Positions 27,688 through 35,637 of a stretch of 64,000 nucleotides of DNA are shown here, in pieces. Each line of letters starts with the position of its first letter. Positions within the stretch are counted from its first letter, which is position 1. The position numbers were made by a program, and so were the translations under genes. Origin of the DNA: an uncultured Clostridia bacterium (lineage in GTDB: Bacteria > Bacillota > Clostridia > TANB77 > CAG-465). Location of the stretch: contig CAKPJL010000003.1 in the NCBI GenBank assembly GCA_934162655.1, positions 1,714 through 65,713 of the forward strand, written 5' to 3'. Below the pieces are notes generated by a model. That model was given only the letters and a program-made list of their open reading frames with translations. It searched no databases and was not told the DNA's origin.

Positions 27688-28101
27688 CTATTTTTCCTTT
27701 ATTTCTATACCTACATCATTCATAATTTTAATAGTATCCTCACTTCTATCTTCGCCATTATAAGTTAGCTTGCCATTTTCAATTATTATTATTTTGTCAT
27801 AATCTTTTACCATACTTGGTATAAATTCTTTTACTTTATCCCAGTCTTCCACACTTTGTAAATCTTCATCACTTTGTGGATCATAATACATACCAAGAGA
27901 AATTGATTCAAATTGCTTATTATTTACATACGCATCAAAATCTGTTTTAAATGTCAACATATCATCTCTTAATACTACCTTTTTAGATTTATTTATAGTA
28001 TCTTGATCTTTCATGGTAAGTATTGCAGCACCAGAAAGTATTATTATAACAATAATTGTTATAACTAATATTATAAGTGATACACCATTTTTTTTAATCA
28101 T
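27688..28101 (-). CDS. Pilin-like protein with degenerate prepilin-type N-terminus
   Basis: 137 aa. MIKKNG|VSLIILVITIIVIIILSGAAIL mirrors the K-K-x-G|F-T-L-I-E-hydrophobic class III leader, but position +5 is Ile rather than Glu. A small globular C-terminal part follows. Confidence 0.5.
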   Translation of the reverse strand: MIKKNGVSLIILVITIIVIIILSGAAILTMKDQDTINKSKKVVLRDDMLTFKTDFDAYVNNKQFESISLGMYYDPQSDEDLQSVEDWDKVKEFIPSMVKDYDKIIIIENGKLTYNGEDRSEDTIKIMNDVGIEIKEK

Positions 28102-28110
28102 AAGTTCCTC

Positions 28111-28530
28111 CTATTTATGTATGCTTGATAGATAACCCTCCAATATATAAGTTGCAGCTAGCTTATCAGCATATTCGTTTTTCTTCTTTTGTGATATATT
28201 TAATTCACGCATAGCTTTATATGCAGACACTGTCGTAAGCCTTTCGTCCCACAAAATTACCTGCAAGCCTATTTTATCTTCAATTAATTTTGATAGTTCC
28301 TTAACCTTTTGGCTCTTTTCTGATAGTGTACCATTCATATTTTTTGGATTACCAATTACAATTTTACCCACATCATATTTTTTCACAAGTTCTAAAATAT
28401 GAGATATAAGTTTTTTATCATTACCGTTTATTACATAAGTATCAAGACCTTGTGCAGTAATCAAAAGAGGATCAGAGAGTGCTAGTCCCACTCTTACATC
28501 CCCATAATCAATTGCTAAAATTCTTGCCAT
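28111..28530 (-). CDS. ruvX: Holliday junction resolvase-like protein RuvX (YqgF)
   Basis: 139 aa. ILAIDYGDVRVGLALSD, KIVIGNPKNMNGT, WDERLTT. Confidence 0.9.
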   Translation of the reverse strand: MARILAIDYGDVRVGLALSDPLLITAQGLDTYVINGNDKKLISHILELVKKYDVGKIVIGNPKNMNGTLSEKSQKVKELSKLIEDKIGLQVILWDERLTTVSAYKAMRELNISQKKKNEYADKLAATYILEGYLSSIHK

Positions 28531-28537
28531 ATTTCAC

Positions 28538-28783
28538 CTATAAATTTAAATATGATTTAATCATTTCTTGTAACAAGTCATCTCTTTCTATTTTACATAC
28601 AAGTGCTCTTGCATTATTGTGAGAAGTTATATAAGTTGGATCTCCTGATAAAATATATCCAACAATTTGACTTACTGGCTCATAGCCTTTTTCTTTTAAT
28701 GCAGCAACTACTTGTTCCATTATTTCTTTTACTTTGCTTACTTCCTCTTTTTGAGGAACAAAAACTGTTGTATTTTGATCCAT
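28538..28783 (-). CDS. ireB: IreB family regulatory phosphoprotein (UPF0297)
   Basis: ORF 28538..28792; ATG 28783 follows AAAGGAG. Motif GYEPVSQIVGYILSGDPTYITSHNNAR. Confidence 0.8.
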   Translation of the reverse strand: MDQNTTVFVPQKEEVSKVKEIMEQVVAALKEKGYEPVSQIVGYILSGDPTYITSHNNARALVCKIERDDLLQEMIKSYLNL

Positions 28784-28800
28784 AAAAATCACTCCTTTAA

Positions 28801-29874
28801 TTACATTATCTTCATGGTATTTACATCAATCATACCATCAAGTGCTCTAATCATTTTTTGAATTTCTTTTTCTATATTATTTTGCTTTCTAAAAACATGC
28901 ATTACAAGTTTTATATCAGGTCTTACTTCTTCATCTTCTACTTTTATAAAGATTGTTTTTAGTCTTGCAAGCATTCTTTCTATAACTTGTTGTGTGGTTT
29001 CAATTTCAGTATCTGGTATAGCAATTATAAGTTTAATTCCACTATATCTAATTAGTATCTGATTTTTAATAGCAAATTCTTTTATTGTGTCAGTAACACT
29101 AACTAAAAGCTGATTTCCTATATTTCTATTATATTTTTCATTTATTTCAGGAATATTACTAATAGATAAGACTACTAATACATTTGTATCATATTTAGAA
29201 AGTACATTTCTAACATTAGAATATAAATAGATATTATTATAAAACCCAGTTTGTTTATCCTTTGATTCAGCAAGCTCAATGGTATCTTGAAATTGAACCG
29301 TATCTAAAAATATTCCAAGGTTACTTTTTATTTTTGCAAGTTCATCTTTTGATATAGAATCAAAAGCATTAGGTGCCTCATCTTCCATTATCCAAAATCC
29401 TAAATAAGTATTATTATAATATATAGGTGAAAACATTGCAGACCTTATTTTTCTTTCAGTTGCACTCTGATATGATAGTGTCTTTTCAACTGTTGTTGTT
29501 AGATATTTTGAAATATTTTTATTTACATTAACCTTAAAATCATTGTCATCTGCAACATTTACTACACACTCTAAATATTCACCCTCAACATTAGTAGCCT
29601 TTGCCTCATATACATTTCCATCAAAAAGTGATATTGTAGAATATCTAGGTTTATATGTATCTAAAATTACTTTATTTAATTCTTCAACTTTTTTATTTGC
29701 AAGTATGTTAGTTCCTAAAATATCAAACATCTTTTGTATTACAGACACAGTAGAAATATTAGAAGATACCATCTTATAATAGTCTAGTTTCTTATTTAGA
29801 GATGACCTTTGAATTAAAAAATATGCAAGTGCTATTACTAATAATACTATTACTATTATTAAAAAAATATTCAT
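28801..29874 (-). CDS. Membrane-anchored sensor-like protein with degenerate GGDEF domain
   Basis: 357 aa. N-terminal TM, central GAF/PAS-sized region, C-terminal GGDEF-fold block DKQTGFYNNIYL...VLVVLSISNIPEINEKYNRNIGNQLL...LIRYSGIKLIIAIP. The GG[DE]EF site reads YSGIK. Confidence 0.55.
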   Translation of the reverse strand: MNIFLIIVIVLLVIALAYFLIQRSSLNKKLDYYKMVSSNISTVSVIQKMFDILGTNILANKKVEELNKVILDTYKPRYSTISLFDGNVYEAKATNVEGEYLECVVNVADDNDFKVNVNKNISKYLTTTVEKTLSYQSATERKIRSAMFSPIYYNNTYLGFWIMEDEAPNAFDSISKDELAKIKSNLGIFLDTVQFQDTIELAESKDKQTGFYNNIYLYSNVRNVLSKYDTNVLVVLSISNIPEINEKYNRNIGNQLLVSVTDTIKEFAIKNQILIRYSGIKLIIAIPDTEIETTQQVIERMLARLKTIFIKVEDEEVRPDIKLVMHVFRKQNNIEKEIQKMIRALDGMIDVNTMKIM

Positions 29875-29911
29875 ACTCTACTCCTTTTTCATAAGTTATA
29901 TAGATTAACAA

Positions 29912-31657
29912 CTACTGAACTTCTTTTTCAAATCCTGAATTTTGTTGTTGGCTTTCTTGTCTTTTAAACATAGATTTAAATCCACTACTAGATTTTGGCT
30001 TATTTAAAGTAGGTTTTGATGTAGTTTTCTGATTTACACTTCCAATAGGATATATAGAGTTAATAAGTGCATATAATGATTGTCTAAAATCATCTGTAAA
30101 TGATGCAAATTTATTGGAATATTTATAAACCATATCTATATATTTCTTATAGTTTTCCACATCAAAAGGTAAAATAAACGGATTTTTACTTGAAGCATCA
30201 AATAAAGTTTCAATTGTTTTAAAATCAAAGCTTGTATAAGTTGCAATTCCTTCTATTATTGCTTTTGATGTTAGTGAACATCTAACATGTTTATTTATAA
30301 CTATTTTTACTTTGTTCATAGGTATACCACGTGATTTTAGTTCTCTTAAAAATAGCGTTAATTGAGGAATATTTAAAACATCCATGTCTTGAACTACATA
30401 TATATCTTGACAAAGTCTAAAATAATCTATTGGTGTAGTAAAGTCTGCATCTATTAAAATAACATTATTTCTTTGGCTTACTGTCTCTATTACTTTACTT
30501 GCATTGTATATTTTCCTATCTTCACCTGGAAGTGCAGTATAAATACTTAATTTATCATAGTTTAGTGGCTCATTCATACCGTTAGAAGCATATTTTAAGC
30601 TTTCTGCTGCTATATTTCTTTTTCCCTCATTATCATAAGTATATATAGTATAAGAATCTCTTTTTCTTGTCACATCAACTATTGCTGTTTTTACTTTACT
30701 ACGAGCAAGTGTTGTTCCTATTGCATTAACACAAAATGAAGTACCACATTTTGGAGCACCCACAAATACAGAAATCTTTCTGTAATCTTTTGGAACTTCA
30801 TAGATATTTCTTACTACTTCTTTTTCGACTACTTGTGTAACTACTTGTGTTTCTCCCGGTGTTTCCTTTACAACAATTCTTTCTACCACTTGTGGCTCTT
30901 TTTTAGTTTCAGTTCTAGCTTGAGTTTGCTTTTGATCATTTTGCAAAGTATTTGCAGAAACTGCTGCTGAATTTACATTCTCTGCTGGAAGTGAAGCAAT
31001 AAGTGATTTATATTTTTCATTATTAAAACTTAAATATTGCTTAACATCTGGTGGTAAAAACTTGATTATAACAGCAAGTTGTCCGTCTGTATATTGGCTT
31101 GCTATTCTATCAAATATCTCATTATATTTATCTGCAATACCATTTTGATTCTTATAATATGATATTATCCTTTGAAGCTCAATTTCTGGGACTTCATCAG
31201 TATTGTATACATTTTGTCCTACGACTTTATCATAGTATTTTTTTACATCCTTCTTTTGATAAGGTCTATTTATTCCCTCACTTACTTTGCCTTTTGTTCT
31301 ATCTTGTCCTGTAAGAACTGTATATATACTTAAATTGAATAATTTTGATAAAAACTCGTCACCCAATTTTCTTCTATCAGACGCAACATAAACTATCTTT
31401 TTAGCATCAAATACATCTGTCATAGCATCTAAATTCTCAAATAAATACTCATCTATTTGTGCATAGTTATTTGTTGGAAACTTTTCTAATTCTTCTAAAA
31501 GAACTGCCCTATCATATTCGCCTGTTGATAGTTCTTGAATAAATTGTTTAAAATAATAAACATTTTTATATTCTATTTTTTCCTTATATTTTGCCTCATA
31601 AAACTCTACAATGCCTTTTACTGTATCATCGTTGTTAATACCAAATATTACTTTCAT
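29912..31657 (-). CDS. TadZ/CpaE-like protein: receiver-like N-domain plus ParA/MinD-like domain with deviant P-loop
   Basis: 581 aa. N-terminal MKVIFGINNDD.. receiver-like fold, Q/T/V-rich linker, then ISVFVGAPKCGTSFCVNAIGTTLA (deviant Walker A) and NVILIDADF (Walker B-like). Confidence 0.5.
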   Translation of the reverse strand: MKVIFGINNDDTVKGIVEFYEAKYKEKIEYKNVYYFKQFIQELSTGEYDRAVLLEELEKFPTNNYAQIDEYLFENLDAMTDVFDAKKIVYVASDRRKLGDEFLSKLFNLSIYTVLTGQDRTKGKVSEGINRPYQKKDVKKYYDKVVGQNVYNTDEVPEIELQRIISYYKNQNGIADKYNEIFDRIASQYTDGQLAVIIKFLPPDVKQYLSFNNEKYKSLIASLPAENVNSAAVSANTLQNDQKQTQARTETKKEPQVVERIVVKETPGETQVVTQVVEKEVVRNIYEVPKDYRKISVFVGAPKCGTSFCVNAIGTTLARSKVKTAIVDVTRKRDSYTIYTYDNEGKRNIAAESLKYASNGMNEPLNYDKLSIYTALPGEDRKIYNASKVIETVSQRNNVILIDADFTTPIDYFRLCQDIYVVQDMDVLNIPQLTLFLRELKSRGIPMNKVKIVINKHVRCSLTSKAIIEGIATYTSFDFKTIETLFDASSKNPFILPFDVENYKKYIDMVYKYSNKFASFTDDFRQSLYALINSIYPIGSVNQKTTSKPTLNKPKSSSGFKSMFKRQESQQQNSGFEKEVQ

Positions 31658-31705
31658 ATTTTATCCTTCTTTCTAAAAAACTACAACTAATAATTATTAA
31701 TTAAT

Positions 31706-32035
31706 CTATATTTGAGTTGTCATTATAAAAGCATAACAAAGTGGCAATGCTTGTACTAGTGCTGTAAATATGGCAACTCCTACTATCAATCTTTGTCCTA
31801 ATACTTTTTTTTCTAAATTTTCAGAACCTACTACATAAAATTGATATAGTGCATAAATTAATATAAGTATAACAACTGGCCAACTGTATTTTTGAATAAA
31901 TATCATAACCTTTAGTCCTGTATCATATATCTTATCATTTGATGTAATATCGCCACTAGCAAAAACTACACCAGAAACAATTCCTAAAATTATCGCTATT
32001 ATAATTGAAATTATTGCTACTTTTTTATAAACCAT
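31706..32035 (-). CDS. TrbC/VirB2-like small membrane protein (second copy of this architecture)
   Basis: ORF 31706..32098; ATG 32035 follows AAAGGA. MVYKKVAIISIIIAIILGIVSGVVFA|SGD signal-like leader, then two hydrophobic helices (WPVVILILIYALYQFYVV; LIVGVAIFTALVQALPLCYAFI). Confidence 0.4.
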   Translation of the reverse strand: MVYKKVAIISIIIAIILGIVSGVVFASGDITSNDKIYDTGLKVMIFIQKYSWPVVILILIYALYQFYVVGSENLEKKVLGQRLIVGVAIFTALVQALPLCYAFIMTTQI

Positions 32036-32126
32036 AAAAACCATCCTTTTTAAAACTTTTAACAATATAATTTTACAATAAAAAGTTAAAAATAGCAAGT
32101 AATATTTGTTTTTTTTTTATTTAATG

Positions 32127-32163
32127 AAAAAAAAGATTATCTACAAAACAATGTAGATAATCT
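32127..32163 (-). terminator. Terminator after the 45-aa gene
   Basis: AGATTATCTACA / TGTAGATAATCT perfect 12-bp stem, followed by TTTTTTT on the minus strand. Confidence 0.8.
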
Positions 32164-32168
32164 ACTAC

Positions 32169-32306
32169 TTAAAAGCCGTATGATTTTACCATCTTTTTTA
32201 CTGCATTTTTGCTCTTTTTAGCCATTGATTTTATGTAATTACTATTCATAACGCCTACAATTGTACCTGCCATCATTCCAAGCATTGCACCTTTTACAAA
32301 ATTCAT
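32169..32306 (-). CDS. Small Gly/Met-rich basic protein (45 aa), below the ORF-track cutoff
   Basis: ATG 32306 follows GAGAGGAG. Translation MNFVKGAMLGMMAGTIVGVMNSNYIKSMAKKSKNAVKKMVKSYGF. A strong terminator follows. Confidence 0.55.
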   Translation of the reverse strand: MNFVKGAMLGMMAGTIVGVMNSNYIKSMAKKSKNAVKKMVKSYGF

Positions 32307-32311
32307 AAAGT

Positions 32312-32707
32312 TCAACTCCTCTCATCACTTTTATTTTTTGCATTAAAAAATTGTTTTAAACTAGAAATAATTTCATAAATTCCCATAAGTGCCATAAATA
32401 CTAAAAATATTTTTTGTGAAATTTTTATATCAACAATTTTATTTAAAAAAACGCCAGCTATACTACCAATTATTATAAAAAAAATCAATTTTTTAAATAT
32501 TTCAAAATCAATTTTTTTATTTTTTATGCTGTATATAGAAGAAGAAATACCAACTGCAATAAACATTATTAAATTATAAATTTGTGCTTGTTTAAAATCA
32601 CAAATATTTATTATAGAAGATGCAAGTAAAAATATACTTCCTCCGCCAATTCCCATTCCTGCTATAAAGCTACATACTATGATAAATACGTAAAATAAAA
32701 TCTCCAT
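32312..32707 (-). CDS. TauE/SafE-family anion exporter, C-terminal half-size protein
   Basis: 131 aa, 4 TM helices, Gly-rich first helix FIAGMGIGGGSIF typical of TauE repeat units. Own RBS AAAGGAAAAAA. Confidence 0.55.
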   Translation of the reverse strand: MEILFYVFIIVCSFIAGMGIGGGSIFLLASSIINICDFKQAQIYNLIMFIAVGISSSIYSIKNKKIDFEIFKKLIFFIIIGSIAGVFLNKIVDIKISQKIFLVFMALMGIYEIISSLKQFFNAKNKSDERS

Positions 32708-32719
32708 TTTTTTCCTTTC

Positions 32720-33061
32720 TTAAAAAAATAATTTATAAACAGAAAGCACTAAAAGTAGAATTCCAGAAATTAAATTTAACAGCTTTGAATCTATTTTATT
32801 CATAAATTTAGTACCAAGTATTCCTAAAATAAGTGAAATAATAAAAACAATTATTGATTTTATTATACTTATTTTATTAAATATTAGCATCCCAATAAGT
32901 GAGATTATACTAGATATTGAAAGTAGTATTATGCTAAGATTTCTTGACATATGTGTATCATACTTCTTTATAAATACTAGATAAAATATTAAAATTTGAC
33001 CTGCACCAGAAGTCAAAAATCCATTTACAAAACCCGAAAAAATTCCTAAAAAATAAATCAT
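32720..33061 (-). CDS. TauE/SafE-family anion exporter, N-terminal half-size protein
   Basis: 113 aa, 4 TM helices, GIFSGFVNGFLTSGAGQILIF. Ends with TAA 12 nt before the next half-gene. Confidence 0.5.
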   Translation of the reverse strand: MIYFLGIFSGFVNGFLTSGAGQILIFYLVFIKKYDTHMSRNLSIILLSISSIISLIGMLIFNKISIIKSIIVFIISLILGILGTKFMNKIDSKLLNLISGILLLVLSVYKLFF

Positions 33062-33089
33062 AGTAATATTATTTGTTTATTACTATGAT
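33057..33089 (-). terminator. mreB terminator hairpin overlapping the next start codon
   Basis: ATCATAGTAATA / TATTACTATGAT perfect 12-bp stem, followed by TTATTTTTT on the minus strand. The ATG of 32720..33061 is part of the 3' arm. Confidence 0.65.
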
Positions 33090-33122
33090 TTATAATATTT
33101 TTAAAAATTTTTCAAATATTTT

Positions 33123-34136
33123 TTAAAATTTTTTAATTTTTACAGCATTTCCACTTTCTAATAAATCCACATGATTTAGGGCTTTGCCAGTTCCTATTGC
33201 AACACAAGACTGTGCATCTTCTGCAATCATAACTGGGATATTTAGTGTTTCTTGCAAAAGCCTATCTAGACCATATATTAGTCCGCCTCCGCCTGTTATG
33301 TAAATTCCCCTCTCTGAAATATCTGCCGAAAGTTCTGGTGGTGTTTCTTCTAAAACTGCATGTACTCCTTCTATTATAGAATACGAACATTCTTTAAGTG
33401 CTTCAAGCATTTCAGAAGATTTAATCTCTATTTCTATTGGTAAACCAGTAGTAAGATCTCTACCTTTTACTAACATTTTATCATCTGTTGGTCTTGGATA
33501 CATACAACCTATATTAATTTTTATATCTTCTGCTGTCCTTTCACCTATTATAACATTTTTATTTTTCTTTATATACTTAATAATTGCTTCATCAAATTTA
33601 TCCCCTGCAACTTTTAAAGATTTACTTTTTACTGCACCGCCAAGTGATATAACAGCTATATCTGCTGTTCCACCTCCGATGTCAACTATCATACTACCAT
33701 ATGGTTTTGTTATATCTATACCAGCTCCAATAGCTGCTGCTATTGGTTCCTCAATTAAATATACTTTTTTTGCTCCAGCATGAGTTGCAGCATCTATTAC
33801 AGCTTTTTTCTCAACTTCTGTAACACATGAAGGAACACATACCATTATTTTAGGAGAAAAAATAAAATGTCCACATGCTTTTGATATAAAATATTTAAGT
33901 AATTTTTCAGTTATTGTATAATCTGATATTACCCCATCTTTTAGTGGTCTAATAGCAACAATATTTCCAGGTGTTCTTCCAAGCATCTTTCTTGCTTCTT
34001 GTCCAACGGCTAAAACCTCATTTGTGTCTTTATCTATTGCAACAACTGATGGCTCTCTTAACACTATTCCTTTACCTTTAACATATACAATAATTGTAGC
34101 AGTACCAAGGTCAATACCTATATCCATGTTAAACAT
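33123..34136 (-). CDS. mreB: Rod shape-determining protein MreB/Mbl
   Basis: 337 aa. DIGIDLGTATIIVYVKGKGIVLREPSVVAI, DIGGGTADIAVISLGG, ITGGGGLIYGLD. Confidence 0.93.
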   Translation of the reverse strand: MFNMDIGIDLGTATIIVYVKGKGIVLREPSVVAIDKDTNEVLAVGQEARKMLGRTPGNIVAIRPLKDGVISDYTITEKLLKYFISKACGHFIFSPKIMVCVPSCVTEVEKKAVIDAATHAGAKKVYLIEEPIAAAIGAGIDITKPYGSMIVDIGGGTADIAVISLGGAVKSKSLKVAGDKFDEAIIKYIKKNKNVIIGERTAEDIKINIGCMYPRPTDDKMLVKGRDLTTGLPIEIEIKSSEMLEALKECSYSIIEGVHAVLEETPPELSADISERGIYITGGGGLIYGLDRLLQETLNIPVMIAEDAQSCVAIGTGKALNHVDLLESGNAVKIKKF

Positions 34137-34157
34137 ATAACTCCTCCTTGCATTGCA

Positions 34158-34186
34158 ATTATATTACATTTTTGTTTCATTTGCAA
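34158..34186 (-). promoter_or_regulatory. Sigma-A type promoter for mreB
   Basis: TTGCAA, 17 nt, TATAAT on the minus strand, upstream of RBS AAGGAGGAG. Confidence 0.5.
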
Positions 34187-34221
34187 TACATTAGATGAAA
34201 GTTATTATTTTTATTTTATTA

Positions 34222-34476
34222 TTAATTTGCTTTCTTTAATTCGTATTTTATTTTTGTCGCCATTCCTCCTCTTATATGTCTTTCTTCTTTATTATGTTCT
34301 AATACTTTTCTTGCTTCTCTTGCAAGGGAAGGATTAATTTTTTCTAACCTTTCTGCTATATCTTTATGCACAGTGGATTTACTTATATTAAATTTTTGTG
34401 CAGTTTGTCTTACTGTACTTTTAGTTTCTATTATATATACTGCTAATACCTTAGCTCTTTCTTCAATATCTATCAT
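34222..34476 (-). CDS. spoIIID: Stage III sporulation protein D (mother-cell transcription factor)
   Basis: ORF 34222..34494; ATG 34476 follows GGAGGTAAAGGT. MIDIEERAKVLAVYIIETKSTVRQTAQKFNISKSTVHKDI..HIRGG. Confidence 0.88.
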   Translation of the reverse strand: MIDIEERAKVLAVYIIETKSTVRQTAQKFNISKSTVHKDIAERLEKINPSLAREARKVLEHNKEERHIRGGMATKIKYELKKAN

Positions 34477-34517
34477 ACCTTTACCTCCACTCATATTATT
34501 ATTTTATTCTACTTTTC

Positions 34518-35528
34518 CTAAAATATGCTTGAAGGGTCTATTAGCTGGTTATCTTTATACATCATAAAATGTATATGTGGCCCATCTTTTATTTCTCCTA
34601 TTGCAGTTTCCCCAACCTCTCCTATTTTTTGTGATTTTTTTATACTGTCTCCAACATTTACATATAATTTATCACTTAAATTACAGTAGCAACTTATATA
34701 ACCATTTATATGTTCTATAACTACTGTTTTTCCAAAAAATGAATCATCATATATCTTTGATACTTTTCCTTCTTCTATTGCACTTACTACTTGTCCAATA
34801 GATGCAGATATATCAACTCCATTATGTATTTTCCACATATCAAGTGTTTTTGAATATATAACACTATCTATCGAATATATTTTTTGAATTTTTCCACCAA
34901 CTATTGGGGACACAAATTCTAACTTTTTTTCTTCTTTTTTAGGCGTTATGATATTTTTAACACTATTTATTTTCTCTTCTACTTTATCTACACTTTCTTC
35001 CTTTTTCTCTTCATTTATAAACTCCTGTCTTTGCTTTACTATACTTACTATTTCTTGCTCTGTTTGTTCGTTAGTGTTATTTATGTTACTATTTTCATCT
35101 ATATTATCTTTATTATCATTTGATATATTACTAAAAGCACTCAAGCTAACATAACTCTCATCTATTGAATCTTTATATGTTTTACCTGTAAGATATATAC
35201 TTCCTCCACACAGCAGCATCATAAAAAATAGTAGTGCATAATAATTTAATCTAATTCTTTTTTTGTTTAAGAATATATTATTTAAAAACTCTGATAAAGT
35301 AATTTTACTTCCCTTTCTTCTCCATTTTTTATTTTCATGTGGTTCTACTACTTCATTGCTGCTATTTGCATCCTTTATACTTTTTTGTCTTCTTCTTACC
35401 TTTGTTTCAAACTCTAAATTATCTAATTTATCCTCTTCTACTTCATTTTTTCTCTCATCTTGCACCTTACCTTTTTTAGACAACCTAATAAATTTTTTTA
35501 AAAACTCACTTTTAAACTTTACCCTCAT
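34518..35528 (-). CDS. spoIIQ: SpoIIQ-like membrane-anchored M23/LytM peptidase
   Basis: 336 aa. One TM helix, then a C-terminal LytM domain with HNGVDISA (HxxxD) and GPHIHFMMY (HxH). Position between spoIID and spoIIID matches Clostridial synteny. Confidence 0.65.
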   Translation of the reverse strand: MRVKFKSEFLKKFIRLSKKGKVQDERKNEVEEDKLDNLEFETKVRRRQKSIKDANSSNEVVEPHENKKWRRKGSKITLSEFLNNIFLNKKRIRLNYYALLFFMMLLCGGSIYLTGKTYKDSIDESYVSLSAFSNISNDNKDNIDENSNINNTNEQTEQEIVSIVKQRQEFINEEKKEESVDKVEEKINSVKNIITPKKEEKKLEFVSPIVGGKIQKIYSIDSVIYSKTLDMWKIHNGVDISASIGQVVSAIEEGKVSKIYDDSFFGKTVVIEHINGYISCYCNLSDKLYVNVGDSIKKSQKIGEVGETAIGEIKDGPHIHFMMYKDNQLIDPSSIF

Positions 35529-35571
35529 ATTAATTTCTCCTTTGTTTAGCAGCTTGTCTTATATTTTAATA

Positions 35572-35612
35572 TAAAAAAAGCTGTGACTTATTATATATAT
35601 ATTCACAACTTT
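35572..35612 (-). terminator. spoIID terminator
   Basis: AAAGCTGTGA / TCACAACTTT stem (one mismatch), followed by TTTTTTT on the minus strand. Confidence 0.6.
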
Positions 35613-35637
35613 TAAAATTTATTACTATTTTTTTAGA

